Source of the DNA: Octopus bimaculoides
Taxonomy: Eukaryota
Direction: 5' to 3'
NCBI RefSeq assembly: GCF_001194135.2
Contig: NC_068999.1
Location: 20,174,608-20,219,935 of the forward strand
DNA: 45,328 bases
Shown: positions 26,119 to 40,114 of the stretch, piece by piece
Layout: each line of letters opens with the position of its first letter
Position numbering within the stretch: position 1 is the first letter of the stretch
Notes under the pieces: generated by a model
Databases searched by the model: none
Seen by the model: the letters and a program-made list of their open reading frames with translations, nothing else
What the model was told of the DNA's origin: nothing
Translations under genes and position numbers: made by a program

Positions 26119-26879
26119 TATATTACTCAGACAAACACGCACACTCACAAACGTATATTGATACCCATGTACATGTATGTATAGCGTACACACATATCTA
26201 TCTATGCAATTCTTTACTCGTTTTCTCCTCATCTCTCTACATATATTCAAATCTATATTCAATATATATATGTATGTATATGTATATATATATATATNNN
26301 NNNNNNNTATATATGTATATGTATATGCATATATGTGTGTGTATATATATATATATTCATCCTTCTAGTTATGCATACATATGTGTATATATATATATGT
26401 GTGTATGTGTATGTGTATATGTATGTCTGTATATATGTATGTGTGTATGTGTATGTGTATATGTATGTCTGTATATATGTATGTGTGCATGTGTGTATGT
26501 GTGTATCTACAGAGTTATGTATGTACACAGGAGGCATTGTTGACGGGTTCAGAGATTCATTTCTGAATAAGGCTTTCGGGGTTCGATCACACCACCTGAT
26601 ACCATTCACAATTATATTGTATAATTGCACTAGATCGGTGCACGATTTGGGCCAGACGTTTGGACAGAACCTGATTAGGAAAATATCGGATAGACTGCAT
26701 AGCTGATTCCAATATATATTCGTATTAAATGGAGCAGTTTACCTATGAACTTCGTTCATGATGCACGTGACAATGAAAAAACTCAACATGTAATGTCATG
26801 AGCGGAATACTAAATAGTTGACTCCGACAGATGCAAAATTGTGTGTTTGTGCGCGTATACACATACGAAAACACAAACC

Positions 26880-27074
26880 ATTCTTTTACTTCTTTCATTC
26901 ATCTGAATGCGTTCATGCTGGAGCACTGTCTTTAGTCGAACAAATCTTCTCCAGGACTTATTCTTTGTAATGTTGGTACTTATTCAATCGAATTCTTTAG
27001 CCGAACAGCTTCATCAGGGAGACGTAAGCACATCTACATCGGCGAGCTGATAAAAACAGACACACAATTAAAAC

Positions 27075-27110
<36 letters not shown>

Positions 27111-27574
27111 ANNNNNNNNNNNNNNNNNNNNNNNNNNNNNNNNNNNNNNNNNNNNNNNNNNNNNNNNNNNNNNNNNNNNNNNNNNNNNNNNNNNNNNNNN
27201 NNNNNNNNNNNNNNNNNNNNNNNNNNNNNNNNNNNNNNNNNNNNNNNNNNNNNNNNNNNNNNNNNNNNNNNNNNNNNNNNNNNNNNNNNNNNNNNNNNNN
27301 NNNNNNNNNNNNNNNNNNNNNNNNNNNNNNNNNNNNNNNNNNNNNNNNNNNNNNNNNNNNNNNNNNNNNNNNNNNNNNNNNNTATATATATATAAAAATA
27401 CATATATATATTTATATAACGGGCTTCTTTCTGTTTCCGTCTACCAAATCCACTCACAAGTCATTAGTCAGTCCGAGGACATAGTAGGAGACTCTTGCCC
27501 AAGATGCCACGCAGTGGGACTGAACCCGGAACCATCTGGATCGGCTGCAATCTTCTTACCACACAGCAACTCCT
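26880..27574 (-). mobile_element. SINE family A, full-length copy spanning an assembly gap in its internal (TA)n
   Basis: The head on minus has gttgctgtgtggtaag (A-box-like), GGTTCAGTCCC (B-box-like; plus 27516-27526) and a tcttgggcaag CORE-like motif. Tail ctttagtcgaacaaatc, catgctggagcac at 26880-26960. Confidence 0.88.
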
Positions 27575-27643
27575 ATAGAGAGAGAGCGAGTGAGACAGAG
27601 AGACAGAGAGACAGACAGACAGACAGACAGAGATCGATCGATC

Positions 27644-27679
<36 letters not shown>

Positions 27680-27680
27680 T
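27575..27680. repeat. (AG)/(ACAG)/(ATAG) compound repeat
   Basis: Directly visible. Confidence 0.93.
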
Positions 27681-28444
27681 AGAAGTGGTTGACAGGGAAC
27701 TGCTACTGCTTATTTATTGGTATTTATGGGATGCAAGAAAGAGAGGAAGCAATAAAGAGAGACTATTAATAATAACAGAGAGAGAGACACAGAGACGGAC
27801 AGACAGACAGTGAAGGAGAATATGCTACTTAAGGGGAGAAAACCACTTCTAGGATTATATTTTGCCGCGGTATTCTTGACTCTGAGTGAAATGAGCATAC
27901 ATCATTTATACATTTTCATATTATTTTTTATATGTAGGTGTGTGTATATGTTCGTGTTTGCATATGTGTCTGTCTATATGTATGTATGTCTGTATGTATA
28001 TATTTGTCAGGTATGTAGGTACGTACATACGTAGGGAGATATGTAGAAAAGAGGCAAGTTTAATGAATTCATGTACCTCAAATACAAAATAAACAGTACA
28101 GAATAAAAAGAGTAAATGGGGGGTGTTTCTGTTATAGCTTCATTTCAGCAGGTGTTTTGGAAGCATCATATCTTATGTCATAACCAGGTTCGTACAAAAA
28201 AAAAAAAAATCATTTATAAAATAATCGATGTTTCTCGCAATATAATTCGCGATGAATCACTTGTAAAAACCAGGTCATACACATCAGAAGAAATTGACAA
28301 ATGCGTATTTAATTGCAATGCTTAGAAATATAAAGGTTCATATAGAATAGAGCGGTGTATTAAGGTAAATCTGTGTCCGATGGAAGAATAACGTATGAAT
28401 ATGTGTGAATGTTCAGCTTTATATATATATACGTATATATGTAC

Positions 28445-28484
<40 letters not shown>

Positions 28485-29204
28485 NNNNNNNNNNNNNNNN
28501 NNNNNNNNNNNNNNNNNNNNNNNNNNNNNNNNNNNNNNNNNNNNNNNNNNNNNNNNNNNNNNNNNNNNNNNNNNNNNNNNNNNNNNNNNNNNNNNNNNNN
28601 NNNNNNNNNNNNNNNNNNNNNNNNNNNNNNNNNNNNNNNNNNNNNNNNNNNNNNNNNNNNNNNNNNNNNNNNNNNNNNNNNNNNNNNNNNNNNNNNNNNN
28701 NNNNNNNNNNNNNNNNNNNNNNNNNNNNNNNNNNNNNNNNNNNNNNNNNNNNNNNNNNNNNNNNNNNNNNNNNNNNNNNNNNNNNNNNNNNNNNNNNNNN
28801 NNNNNNNNNNNNNNNNNNNNNNNNNNNNNNNNNNNNNNNNNNNNNNNNNNNNNNNNNNNNNNNNNNNNNNNNNNNNNNNNNNNNNNNNNNNNNNNNNNNN
28901 NNNNNNNNNNNNNNNNNNNNNNNNNNNNNNNNNNNNNNNNNNNNNNNNNNNNNNNNNNNNNNNNNNNNNNNNNNNNNNNNNNNNNNNNNNNNNNNNNNNN
29001 NNNNNNNNNNNNNNNNNNNNNNNNNNNNNNNNNNNNNNNNNNNNNNNNNNNNNNNNNNNNNNNNNNNNNNNNNNNNNNNNNNNNNNNNNNNNNNNNNNNN
29101 NNNNNNNNNNNNNNNNNNNNNNNNNNNNNNNNNNNNNNNNNNNNNNNNNNNNNNNNNNNNNNNNNNNTATATATATATATACACGCACACACACACAAAG
29201 ACAC

Positions 29205-29356
29205 ACGAGAGGCATTTTCAGTTTCCGTCTACTAAATCAACTCACAAGCCCCTGTTTGGCCAAAATACATAATGGACACTTGCCCAAGGCGCTACAGAAG
29301 GGGACTAAATGCAAAATTTGGTGCTTGGGGAGCAACCTCCTTACTACATGGCCAAC
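29205..29356 (-). mobile_element. SINE family A, head portion (the rest is probably in the adjacent gap)
   Basis: tttcagtttccgtctactaaatcaactcacaag, cacttgcccaagg, ggggactaaa, cttactacatggcca. Confidence 0.8.
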
Positions 29357-29849
29357 CATCCTGGTACTCTGTCTGCTTCCAAGACAAATCTTATCTGCTT
29401 TAGTGAAGATTGTGATAACTGAATACACAAGATATCTTCTGGGAAGCTGTACGGGAACGGACTGGACGATTGTCCCACGAGAGATTAGTTTGTCGTCTGA
29501 CTAATTTCATGAAGACAACGCGTTGTTAGGATCTAAGTTTATTTCTTGTTATTATAATATATGGACGTCTATAAGAAAACGAGACTTTACGAACTACCCG
29601 TGGCAATGTCTACGCATTTATGAAATAAATCAAGCAGATTATGGTTTATTTATGGTTTATTTAATGACGATTTCTCAGTCTGTCATAACGGGCGTTCAAT
29701 GCGTAAGCGTTCAGTCATCTGGTAATAAGCACATGACAGTGACTCTAAATATACCAAGTGCATCCATCCGCTTCTCTCCCACAGTCTCCTCCGTCTCTCT
29801 CTTTCTTTCAGTTTATCTCATCTATCTCTCTAAGTACATCTTTGTGTCC

Positions 29850-29865
29850 ATAGATAGATAGGCAA

Positions 29866-29922
<57 letters not shown>

Positions 29923-30054
29923 CAGATAGACAGGCAGACGGATAGACAGATAGACAGGCAGATAGATAGATAGATAGATAGTCAGATCGACAGATAGACA
30001 GACAGACAGGCAGGCAGGCAGACAGACACACAAACAGATAGATAGATAGATAGG

Positions 30055-30095
<41 letters not shown>

Positions 30096-30096
30096 T
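29850..30096. repeat. (ATAG)/(ACAG)/(GCAG) compound tetranucleotide repeat
   Basis: Directly visible. Confidence 0.95.
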
Positions 30097-30164
30097 TGTG
30101 TGTGTACGTATACAAGTGTCTACGTAGGTGGTGAATTTTTGTATGTGTGTGTGTATGATTGTGT

Positions 30165-30330
30165 TTATGTAAAACCGGTACTAAGCCACAAACCAGAACT
30201 TATTGATTCCATAAATATTGTTGAATAAAATGCGTAGTAGAATGGAAAAGAGTATGGCGGTCGATAAGATGTACTAAAATATTTAAGGCGGTGCCTCCGC
30301 ATGGCCAAAGTCAAATGAGTGAAAGAAGTA
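30165..30330 (+). mobile_element. SINE family A, highly diverged 3' part
   Basis: ggtcgataag..gtactaa, taaggcggtgcctccgcatggccaaagtcaaatgagtgaaagaagtaaa matches the family tail. Confidence 0.65.
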
Positions 30331-30401
30331 AACGTACTGTATACCGAAAGACACAAACTCTCATATACATTCATACACACACACACACACACACACACAT
30401 A

Positions 30402-30436
<35 letters not shown>

Positions 30437-31609
30437 NNNNNNNNNNNNNNNNNNNNNNNNNNNNNNNNNNNNNNNNNNNNNNNNNNNNNNNNNNNNNNNN
30501 NNNNNNNNNNNNNNNNNNNNNNNNNNNNNNNNNNNNNNNNNNNNNNATATATATATATATATATATATAAATAAGCCACAAGGATATTGAGAGGTAATGC
30601 AGTACGATCGTTTCATGGAACTCCATTTAATTGAATAATGCAATCATTACATCAGTTTAAAATGCAGAGCAATCCGCAGCTGCACAGAATTTGATTAAAT
30701 TAGAACAGACGGATACATCAGTATAATTATACCTAGAATCTCCAAGAAGATAAGTAGATAGGCAAAGAACATGCTGTCTCCACTTCAGCATAGCAGTTAC
30801 TAAGTTTTTAAGAAATCCCTGCCTGTCACTGATTTTTTGTTGCTTTTATGGGATCAGTTTTATTGTATATATTACCTTATCAAATCTCTGTATATCTTAC
30901 ACCTAACAGATACTGCCCTTTATTCTCTCAGCCTTAAATATACAAGTATTTTATAAACTAGTCTATAAATTAAAACTGACCCCATAAAATCAACAAAAAA
31001 AATCAATGACAGGCAGAGTCTTTCTGATAACTTAGTAACCTCTATGTTACAGCATATTCTTTGTCTATCTCCTTCACTCTTGGAGATTTTAAGTACGCAC
31101 ATGTATGTGTTTAATTAAACATTTCAAATAGTGTAATTTTCAAAATATAAATTATGAAAGATAAGGGAAGACAAAAATCAAATCGAATACTCTGGTTTGA
31201 ACTGGTCGGATTGTAGTTTGAAATTCCAGACTTGAAACTTATCTTGTAAAGTAAAACAAAGGAGAAATTTACTCCGTTTCCATAGATGAAAATCATTAAG
31301 TTATCTTTTGAGTGGAAAATATATGTAAGTGGAGTTGTGACATTAATGAGGATGGAAGTATTACATAATTTACTTAATGTAGTGATGATATTTTATTTTT
31401 ACTGGGTGGATGAAATACGAAAGGTTTTAATTAGGATTGAGAAGCTATTCGCAACATTATTGAATATCTTATTCATTCTTTCCTGAATCTAGAGACGACG
31501 AATTCTTTTACCAGTATAGTATTGTTTGGGAGTGGGCGCCATTGATCAAATCAAAATAGGCCTAAATGCAATTGGCACTCTCGCTGGCCACTGCTGAAAC
31601 GAATCTTCG

Positions 31610-31610
<1 letters not shown>

Positions 31611-31681
<71 letters not shown>
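31611..31681. repeat. (CT)n microsatellite
   Basis: Directly visible. Confidence 0.98.
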
Positions 31682-31684
<3 letters not shown>

Positions 31685-32508
31685 CACTCTCTATCTCGCC
31701 CACTCGCAATCTCTCTATCACTCCCTCCCCCCACATATAAGGGATATTATCTCATAGCAAATATCGCACTAACTGGATAAAAATGCAATTTCTGCAGAGA
31801 AGCAATATTCCATATATGCATGTCCAAACAGCAGCTGCAAAGTGCAGGTCTTCAGATTTCAGCATCTTTACAGAAGGTTATTCAAATACTTCTGTGAAAG
31901 GGATTTGGAAATTAAGTATGCAACACATAAATAAGCGGTGCCTGAGTTTACAAGGCAAATAACAGTTTAATATCCACTTTGGCTACTGTAAGTAGTAGCC
32001 AGTATTTACCATACGTAAAACTACATATTTGAAAATTCTTGCAACAAACAAGGCAACGAAATTGCATTTTAATTAAAAATTTATATATACAATGTAAATT
32101 GAATTGACCTCATAGGTACGTTCTCATGTAATTAATTATATACGATTGAGTAACCAGTAATTTTACACAATAACTGAAGCTCACAAAATTCTTAATCTAC
32201 TTGCTTTGACCCTACTGGGATCCAATTAAAGGTCTAGTATTCTCAGTTCGAAAATGAAATCTAGGGTCAGGATAGGAGCAACCTCAGAGCAGTTTTTACA
32301 GTTGTATGAGGTTTTCAAATCATCATCTCGAAAACTCAAATTCATTGCAATCGAAAACTGTATTTATCATCCGACGAGATCCATCTGCACCGCCGGATGC
32401 TCCTAAACTAGCTGTTGAGAGTCCCATCCATGACGAATCGATGCTAGATATGTCAAAACAATTGTCGTGATAAATAATAAATTCTTGTATATTAGATCTT
32501 CCATCTTC

Positions 32509-32547
<39 letters not shown>

Positions 32548-33204
32548 GTGTGAGTATGTGTGTGTGTGCGTATGTGTGTGTGTGTGNNNNNNNNNNNNNN
32601 NNNNNNNNNNNNNNNNNNNNNNNNNNNNNNNNNNNNNNNNNNNNNNNNNNNNNNNNNNNNNNNNNNNNNNNNNNNNNNNNNNNNNNNNNNNNNNNNNNNN
32701 NNNNNNNNNNNNNNNNNNNNNNNNNNNNNNNNNNNNNNNNNNNNNNNNNNNNNNNNNNNNNNNNNNNNNNNNNNNNNNNNNNNNNNNNNNNNNNNNNNNN
32801 NNNNNNNNNNNNNNNNNNNNNNNNNNNNNNNNNNNNNNNNNNNNNNNNNNNNNNNNNNNNNNNNNNNNNNNNNNNNNNNNNNNNNNNNNNNNNNNNNNNN
32901 NNNNNNNNNNNNNNNNNNNNNNNNNNNNNNNNNNNNNNNNNNNNNNNNNNNNNNNNNNNNNNNNNNNNNNNNNNNNNNNNNNNNNNNNNNNNNNNNNNNN
33001 NNNNNNNNNNNNNNNNNNNNNNNNNNNNNNNNNNNNNNNNNNNNNNNNNNNNNNNNNNNNNNNNNNNNNNNNNNNNNNNNNNNNNNNNNNNNNNNNNNNN
33101 NNNNNNNNNNNNNNNNNNNNNNNNNNNNNNNNNNNNNNNNNNNNNNNNNNNNNNNNNNNNNNNNNNNNNNNNNNNNNNTATATATATATATATATATATA
33201 TATT

Positions 33205-33512
33205 TCCTTTTTCTTATACTCTCTGTTACTTATTTCAGTCATTTGACTGCGGCCATGCTGGAGTACCGCTAAGTTACGGGGACGTAAACACACCACCATC
33301 GGTTGTCAAACGATGCTGGGGGAACAATCACAGACACACAAGTATATTCACAAGCATATATACGACGGGCGTCGTTCAGTTTCCGTCTACCAAATCCACT
33401 CACAAGGCGTTGGTCGGCTTGAGGTTATAGTAGAAGATACTTGCCCAAGGTGCCACGCAGTAGGATTGAACCCGAACCATGTTGTCGGTAAGCAAGATAC
33501 GACAGCTTCACC
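33205..33512 (-). mobile_element. SINE family A, well-preserved copy with an internal deletion in the tail
   Basis: tttcagtcatttgactgcggccatgctggagtaccgc | taagttacggggacgtaaacac ... gtttccgtctaccaaatccactcacaagg ... cttgcccaaggtgccacgcagtaggattgaaccc. Confidence 0.9.
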
Positions 33513-35379
33513 ATGTATCTATTAGAAATGCTGTGCTATTCATTCGATTTAGGGAAGCCTTTGTGTAAAGCATTGAAACAAGCTCTCGCGAGTTTGGAGA
33601 TTAAATTCCATCCATAGTACAGGCTTATACCATCGTGTACTCCTCTTATTAACTTTGTTTTTAGGGTGATTGCTACGATTATTATAGTTTATACATACGC
33701 GACGAGAAAAATTCCCGATATGTCCACCATTATCACTTACTTTTATCTTTTGTTCACTGCTAGTGATTTAGTCAACTTTAGCTCTCGAAGAGGAAGTAAA
33801 GCATTTATTTTCCATAGTGTAGTGTTTACAAAGATAACTCCAGGTAAACGATTCTTCCACCAAATTCCTGATTCGAAATTTAGTTGCGACAATCTTTGCT
33901 TTCTGACCTTTCAGCTTCATTACAAGTCTTACCTCCTCGGGGCGATTGATTAGTAAAATTGCTAGAGTATTGACTAGAGTATTGATTCAGTTTACCAAAA
34001 CGGTTCTTGGTATAACTTAAGAATTGCTACTTACCAATATTGCTTGAATAATACTGATGTGTTTCATCAATTATATATTTCAGGAAAGATCTTCTGGAAA
34101 AACTGGCGATGAAACTATTGTTGTACTCTGGAATAAAACGTGCCGTTCACTCGATTCACTTTGTAAAACTTGCATTTATATAAATTCTATGAACATTGAC
34201 GGCTTTCCAGATGTATCTTCAGTAATACGATCGATTTTTCCAGTAAAATTGAGTCTCACATCCGATAATTGTAGACTGGTGACAGGATTTCAAAAACAAA
34301 CTGGAACGTGAATCGTTAATTCTCTCCCACTACCTCATCTAACGTTTCTTCAGAACGTTATTCTCGAGGCGACTGGGTATTGTTTCGTGACAAAGAGTTT
34401 GCATTTATTAGCTATTTCACGAATATTTTCCCAGTAAAGGTGAGATTGTTACAGCTTGGTAACCTTGTCTAAGTGAGTAAACCCTTCAAAATCCATAGAT
34501 CCTAAAGAGGTAAAGAGAATCTCACCGGATGCTCAAGCAATTCTGTTAATGTAACTCTCCGAACAGCTAACGTTCTTATTGACGCTGAACGTAGGGAAAG
34601 CAAAGTTGATTTCGACTAAATTCAAAACTCAGTAATTCAGAGGAAATCCTGAATAGCATTATATACAACAGCTAATTTTACGTATTAGCTGGTGGTATTC
34701 TTATTTCCTCCTCCTTGAGTAAATTTCTATATACTTAATTGAATCAATTTACATCCATTTCATTGTTTAACTAATTTAGACGTTTGTATTATAAGTGAAC
34801 GTTTCAAATTTTATTTCTAGTTGAAAGAAAAAATAGAAAGCCAAAATGAAAGCTCCATCATAATTCATACGTCCTTAATTTACAGCTCTACGTTAATCCC
34901 TATACGAATTCTTAATGCATTTTAAAGGATTGTTTTTAATATAAACCATTTTATATTTATATTATCTTTAAAAATATTGCTAGCGCCCATGTAATTAGAT
35001 TATACTTACAATTAAAGTAATTTCGTAATTATCGCATATTTAAATATATATTCCTCCGTGACAGACATAAAACGTTCAGCTAAATCGAATTACATACATT
35101 ATACAGCCGTATTCTACTATATGACATTTGTAATTCGTAAAGCCTAACAACATTTTAGAATCTATTAATTTACAAATTAAGATGACTAATTATATTTCAA
35201 TTTTCATACATAAATTTTTCTTTATATCATTGATTTATATTTCCCCTTTTATAGACATTTCTTTGAGTAGATTAAAAGTTCAGTAACACAATATCTACAA
35301 TTTAGTGAGTTGTAAATCAGTCATTTCCTGAGCTAATCTTTGCACACTCTGCTATATTATACTCCAAAATATTAAAATT

Positions 35380-35417
<38 letters not shown>

Positions 35418-36553
35418 NNNNNNNNNNNNNNNNNNNNNNNNNNNNNNNNNNNNNNNNNNNNNNNNNNNNNNNNNNNNNNNNNNNNNNNNNNNNNNNNNNN
35501 NNNNNNNNNNNNNNNNNNNNNNNNNNNNNNNNNNNNNNNNNNNNNNNNNNNNNNNNNNNNNNNNNNNNNNNNNNNNNNNNNNNNNNNNNNNNNNNNNNNN
35601 NNNNNNNNNNNNNNNNNNNNNNNNNNNNNNNNNNNNNNNNNNNNNNNNNNNNNNNNNNNNNNNNNNNNNNNNNNNNNNNNNNNNNNNNNNNNNNNNNNNN
35701 NNNNNNNNNNNNNNNNNNNNNNNNNNNNNNNNNNNNNNNNNNNNNNNNNNNNNNNNNNNNNNNNNNNNNNNNNNNNNNNNNNNNNNNNNNNNNNNNNNNN
35801 NNNNNNNNNNNNNNNNNNNNNNNNNNNNNNNNNNNNNNNNNNNNNNNNNNNNNNNNNNNNNNNNNNNNNNNNNNNNNNNNNNNNNNNNNNNNNNNNNNNN
35901 NNNNNNNNNNNNNNNNNNNNNNNNNNNNNNNNNNNNNNNNNNNNNNNNNNNNNNNNNNNNNNNNNNNNNNNNNNNNNNNNNNNNNNNNNNNNNNNNNNTA
36001 TATATATATATATATATATTTAAGTATTTGAATTGAATCGTTTTAGTAAGGTATAAGTATGATTATACCGCTTACTTATTTTACACCCGTAAGGCATTTT
36101 CTATTGTATATAACGTTACTTTGTCCTCTCCTTGCACACATTCATCTGCTCTTTCCTGTAGCTCTATGCTCTGGCGCTCCCGTTAGATGACAATGGTCTT
36201 AGTTTTAAATAGCGTCAAACCACCACGGCGTTTCGGAAACCAACCAATGAGAGAGTCTGTTTCGAATGTTCCTTGTATGATATTTTCGTCTCCCTTCTGT
36301 CTATTATGCTTCTGCTAAGCTTTTGTCTATCTTTTCCCTTCTCTCTCTAACTTTTTTTATATATATACATATCTTATTGCATTATCAAAGTAATAACCTT
36401 AATAACCTTATCGCATGCTTTCCGAAGTTCCACTTCGCGTATTGGCTTATTATATGCTATCATACAGTAGGACTTCTCCCTTTCCGTGTATATGCATATT
36501 GAATTTCGCAAATATTCGTAGTATTTGTGCAAAATAATTTTAATGCGAGGATA

Positions 36554-36592
<39 letters not shown>

Positions 36593-37516
36593 ATGTGTGT
36601 ATATGAATGTAAGCCTTTGGTCTCTCCTAACCTGAAGACGTGCACTAATATTGCTATTGTAGGATTATATTTATAAAATAATGTGTATAATATTGCAACA
36701 TACAGTTGATACTGATGTACCAAAAGAATTGTATTGATTTTTAAAATATCCCGTTCATTTCGTCTCGTCTATATCACAGAAATCATATCATCTTAAGTAT
36801 ATTACTAGCACCTGTTTCAATAATCAACGTATCATCTAACCAGCATCGTGTACGTCAGTTTAGTGTTCCTTGAGATGAAAGTACGTTCGGTATAGATGAG
36901 ATTCCTCAATCGAGAATTCCAAAATTGATATCTTTCTCTAAATAGCTTTCAATATTTTTCATATTTTCTAATTGTCTAGATGTATTTAAGTCGTTTACCC
37001 ACTTTCTGTGATTTCTCTAAATAAATTAAAAACCTTTATCGAATTAACTAATTTCAATTATAATATAGCGACATATATTTCCATGAGATTTCATTCTACT
37101 TCCATATAGTCGGTATAAACAACAACCTACATATTCCATACATTTCTAAATTGTATTTTGCTGTTATTTCCTCTTCTCAGAATACGGGATATTCACTTAA
37201 TTCTGAAAAAAAATTCATATTGATTTGGAATTTGTTCTGTACTATTTCGTTTACCTTTTAATATTCATTATGGACTTCAAAGCGATGATTAAAAGATTTC
37301 TTATGTAGCACCAAAACGTATCAACACTTCTAACGTTTATACATTCGCACGCGATTCTATTTTTAAAGAATACGATGCTAATTAATAAATCTAGTTCTTT
37401 CAAGCTTAACTGAGATGAAGCACACTTTGATATTTTTGATAATCTGTGTCAGTAATCAAGGATATAATATATGCATGTATTCATATTCGTACAGACACAC
37501 ACACGCACACATACCT

Positions 37517-37566
<50 letters not shown>

Positions 37567-39064
37567 CATTATAATATAGGGTATCTAAGAGATACCGCCA
37601 CGCTGAAAATAACAGTCAAATCTTGACTCTAAACCACAATAAATGTTCATATAGCACGAAGAGCGAAGACGAAGATAAAATAAACTAGCAAAAAATACTG
37701 GATAATTCCAGATCCCGGATTTCTGGCTTTGCATNNNNNNNNNNNNNNNNNNNNNNNNNNNNNNNNNNNNNNNNNNNNNNNNNNNNNNNNNNNNNNNNNN
37801 NNNNNNNNNNNNNNNNNNNNNNNNNNNNNNNNNNNNNNNNNNNNNNNNNNNNNNNNNNNNNNNNNNNNNNNNNNNNNNNNNNNNNNNNNNNNNNNNNNNN
37901 NNNNNNNNNNNNNNNNNNNNNNNNNNNNNNNNNNNNNNNNNNNNNNNNNNNNNNNNNNNNNNNNNNNNNNNNNNNNNNNNNNNNNNNNNNNNNNNNNNNN
38001 NNNNNNNNNNNNNNNNNNNNNNNNNNNNNNNNNNNNNNNNNNNNNNNNNNNNNNNNNNNNNNNNNNNNNNNNNNNNNNNNNNNNNNNNNNNNNNNNNNNN
38101 NNNNNNNNNNNNNNNNNNNNNNNNNNNNNNNNNNNNNNNNNNNNNNNNNNNNNNNNNNNNNNNNNNNNNNNNNNNNNNNNNNNNNNNNNNNNNNNNNNNN
38201 NNNNNNNNNNNNNNNNNNNNNNNNNNNNNNNNNNNNNNNNNNNNNNNNNNNNNNNNNNNNNNNNNNNNNNNNNNNNNNNNNNNNNNNNNNNNNNNNNNNN
38301 NNNNNNNNNNNNNNNNNNNNNNNNNNNNNNNNNNNNNNNNNNNNNNNNNNNNNNNNNNNNNNNNNNNNNNNNNNNNNNNNNNNNNNNNNNNNNNNNNNNN
38401 NNNNNNNNNNNNNNNNNNNNNNNNNNNNNNNNNNNNNNNNNNNNNNNNNNNNNNNNNNNNNNNNNNNNNNNNNNNNNNNNNNNNNNNNNNNNNNNNNNNN
38501 NNNNNNNNNNNNNNNNNNNNNNNNNNNNNNNNNNNNNNNNNNNNNNNNNNNNNNNNNNNNNNNNNNNNNNNNNNNNNNNNNNNNNNNNNNNNNNNNNNNN
38601 NNNNNNNNNNNNNNNNNNNNNNNNNNNNNNNNNNNNNNNNNNNNNNNNNNNNNNNNNNNNNNNNNNNNNNNNNNNNNNNNNNNNNNNNNNNNNNNNNNNN
38701 NNNNNNNNNNNNNNNNNNNNNNNNNNNNNNNNNNATATATATATATATATATATACGTATATATACGCAAAATATTTGAGAGTCAGCTGAATAAGGTACC
38801 TACGTTGAAGCACCAAAAATTAGTGCGGTATTGTCCGTATAATTTGAAAATAAAGCAAATAAAATCAAAATAACCGAAATAAGTGAAAACACGATGGACT
38901 GTGTCTTCTTACTCTAACATTATTTAAGCAAAATTATAGCTCTGCATTCATTTAAATTGATGTAATGATTGCATTATTCAATTACATGGAGGCGCTTGAA
39001 ACGGTCGTACTGCATCATCTCTGGATAACCTGTCGCTTATTTTGATATATATATATAGTGTTAA

Positions 39065-39282
39065 ATAGATAGATAGATAGATATATAGATAGATAGATAG
39101 ATTGACAGATAGATACATACATAATCACATGCATGCATACTCACATAGATACATACATACAGACATACATATATAAATACAAGCACGCGCATACATATAT
39201 ATATTTATATATATATATATATACATATGTGCATGGATATGCATATATATATATATAGATATACATGTATATATATGTATAA

Positions 39283-39344
<62 letters not shown>

Positions 39345-39358
39345 CGCACACGCACACG

Positions 39359-39390
<32 letters not shown>
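39065..39390. repeat. Compound (ATAG)/(TACA)/(TA)/(CA) microsatellite field
   Basis: Directly visible. Confidence 0.95.
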
Positions 39391-40041
39391 TATAGAGAAA
39401 AAGTGCGACATGAAAAGTTAGATGTATACATTTATACGTACATGTCTCCATGGACAGCTGTTATTCCTCGGGTTCAAATTTTTCAATCTCTACCTGAGTG
39501 TTCTTCGTTATTCATGTCATTCATTAATGAATGTGAACGGGAATGGGAAAATATCACATACTGAATCTAAGATAGTAATGAAATCGTCGTTTTTTTTTTT
39601 TGTAGCTGCTTCTTTCCTCCATATTTTTTTTTTTTTTAATTGAACAATAAATCCATTAAAATAGACCTCTTAATTAACCTGACAGTGGGAATACATTTGA
39701 AAAACCAATTTCTAATTCTGCTCCGGATATTATCGAAGTCCACCGAGACCCAATCTACTTTTTAAAATGTTATATTGCAGTGCACAAAAGCGTCTGAAAA
39801 CATTTTTGGACATATTGTGGAATGCCATTAATGCAAGTTGTGGCGACAATATCAAAAATCTGTACAATGTTTCCAGCTATCTGCGAAAGTAAATGTGTAT
39901 TTTTACCTTGGTGTGTGCAATCAACATAATGCATCACAAACTGCATTTCATTCCCAGGAAAAACCTTTTGAATGTACCAAGAGATGGAAAATGCCGTGGC
40001 TCTTCAACTTTTTGTTCACGCCACTGGTTCAAGCACTGAAC

Positions 40042-40114
40042 GACTATGTCAGACTATGCATGTTAGACTATGCATGTTAGATTATGCATTTCAGACTATG
40101 CATGTCAGACTATT
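40042..40114. repeat. 14-bp minisatellite, about 5 copies of AGACTATGCATGTY
   Basis: Units start at 40051, 40065, 40079, 40093 and (partial) 40107, with a partial lead-in at 40042. Confidence 0.92.

Noticed and set aside
26525-26600. GGGGTTCGATC B-box-like motif
   Set aside because: No convincing A-box or cloverleaf; at most a very old SINE head, not a tRNA gene.
26990-27020. Minus-strand CTGATGA-agc...gct hairpin
   Set aside because: Followed by AAAG rather than GAAA, and lies in a diverged SINE tail where other copies lack the motif.
36760-36970. Minus frame with NIESYLEKDINFGIL and LIIETGASN, reminiscent of Gypsy RT/RNase H motifs
   Set aside because: The motifs are far too close together, interrupted by stops, and lack YxDD or LTRs.
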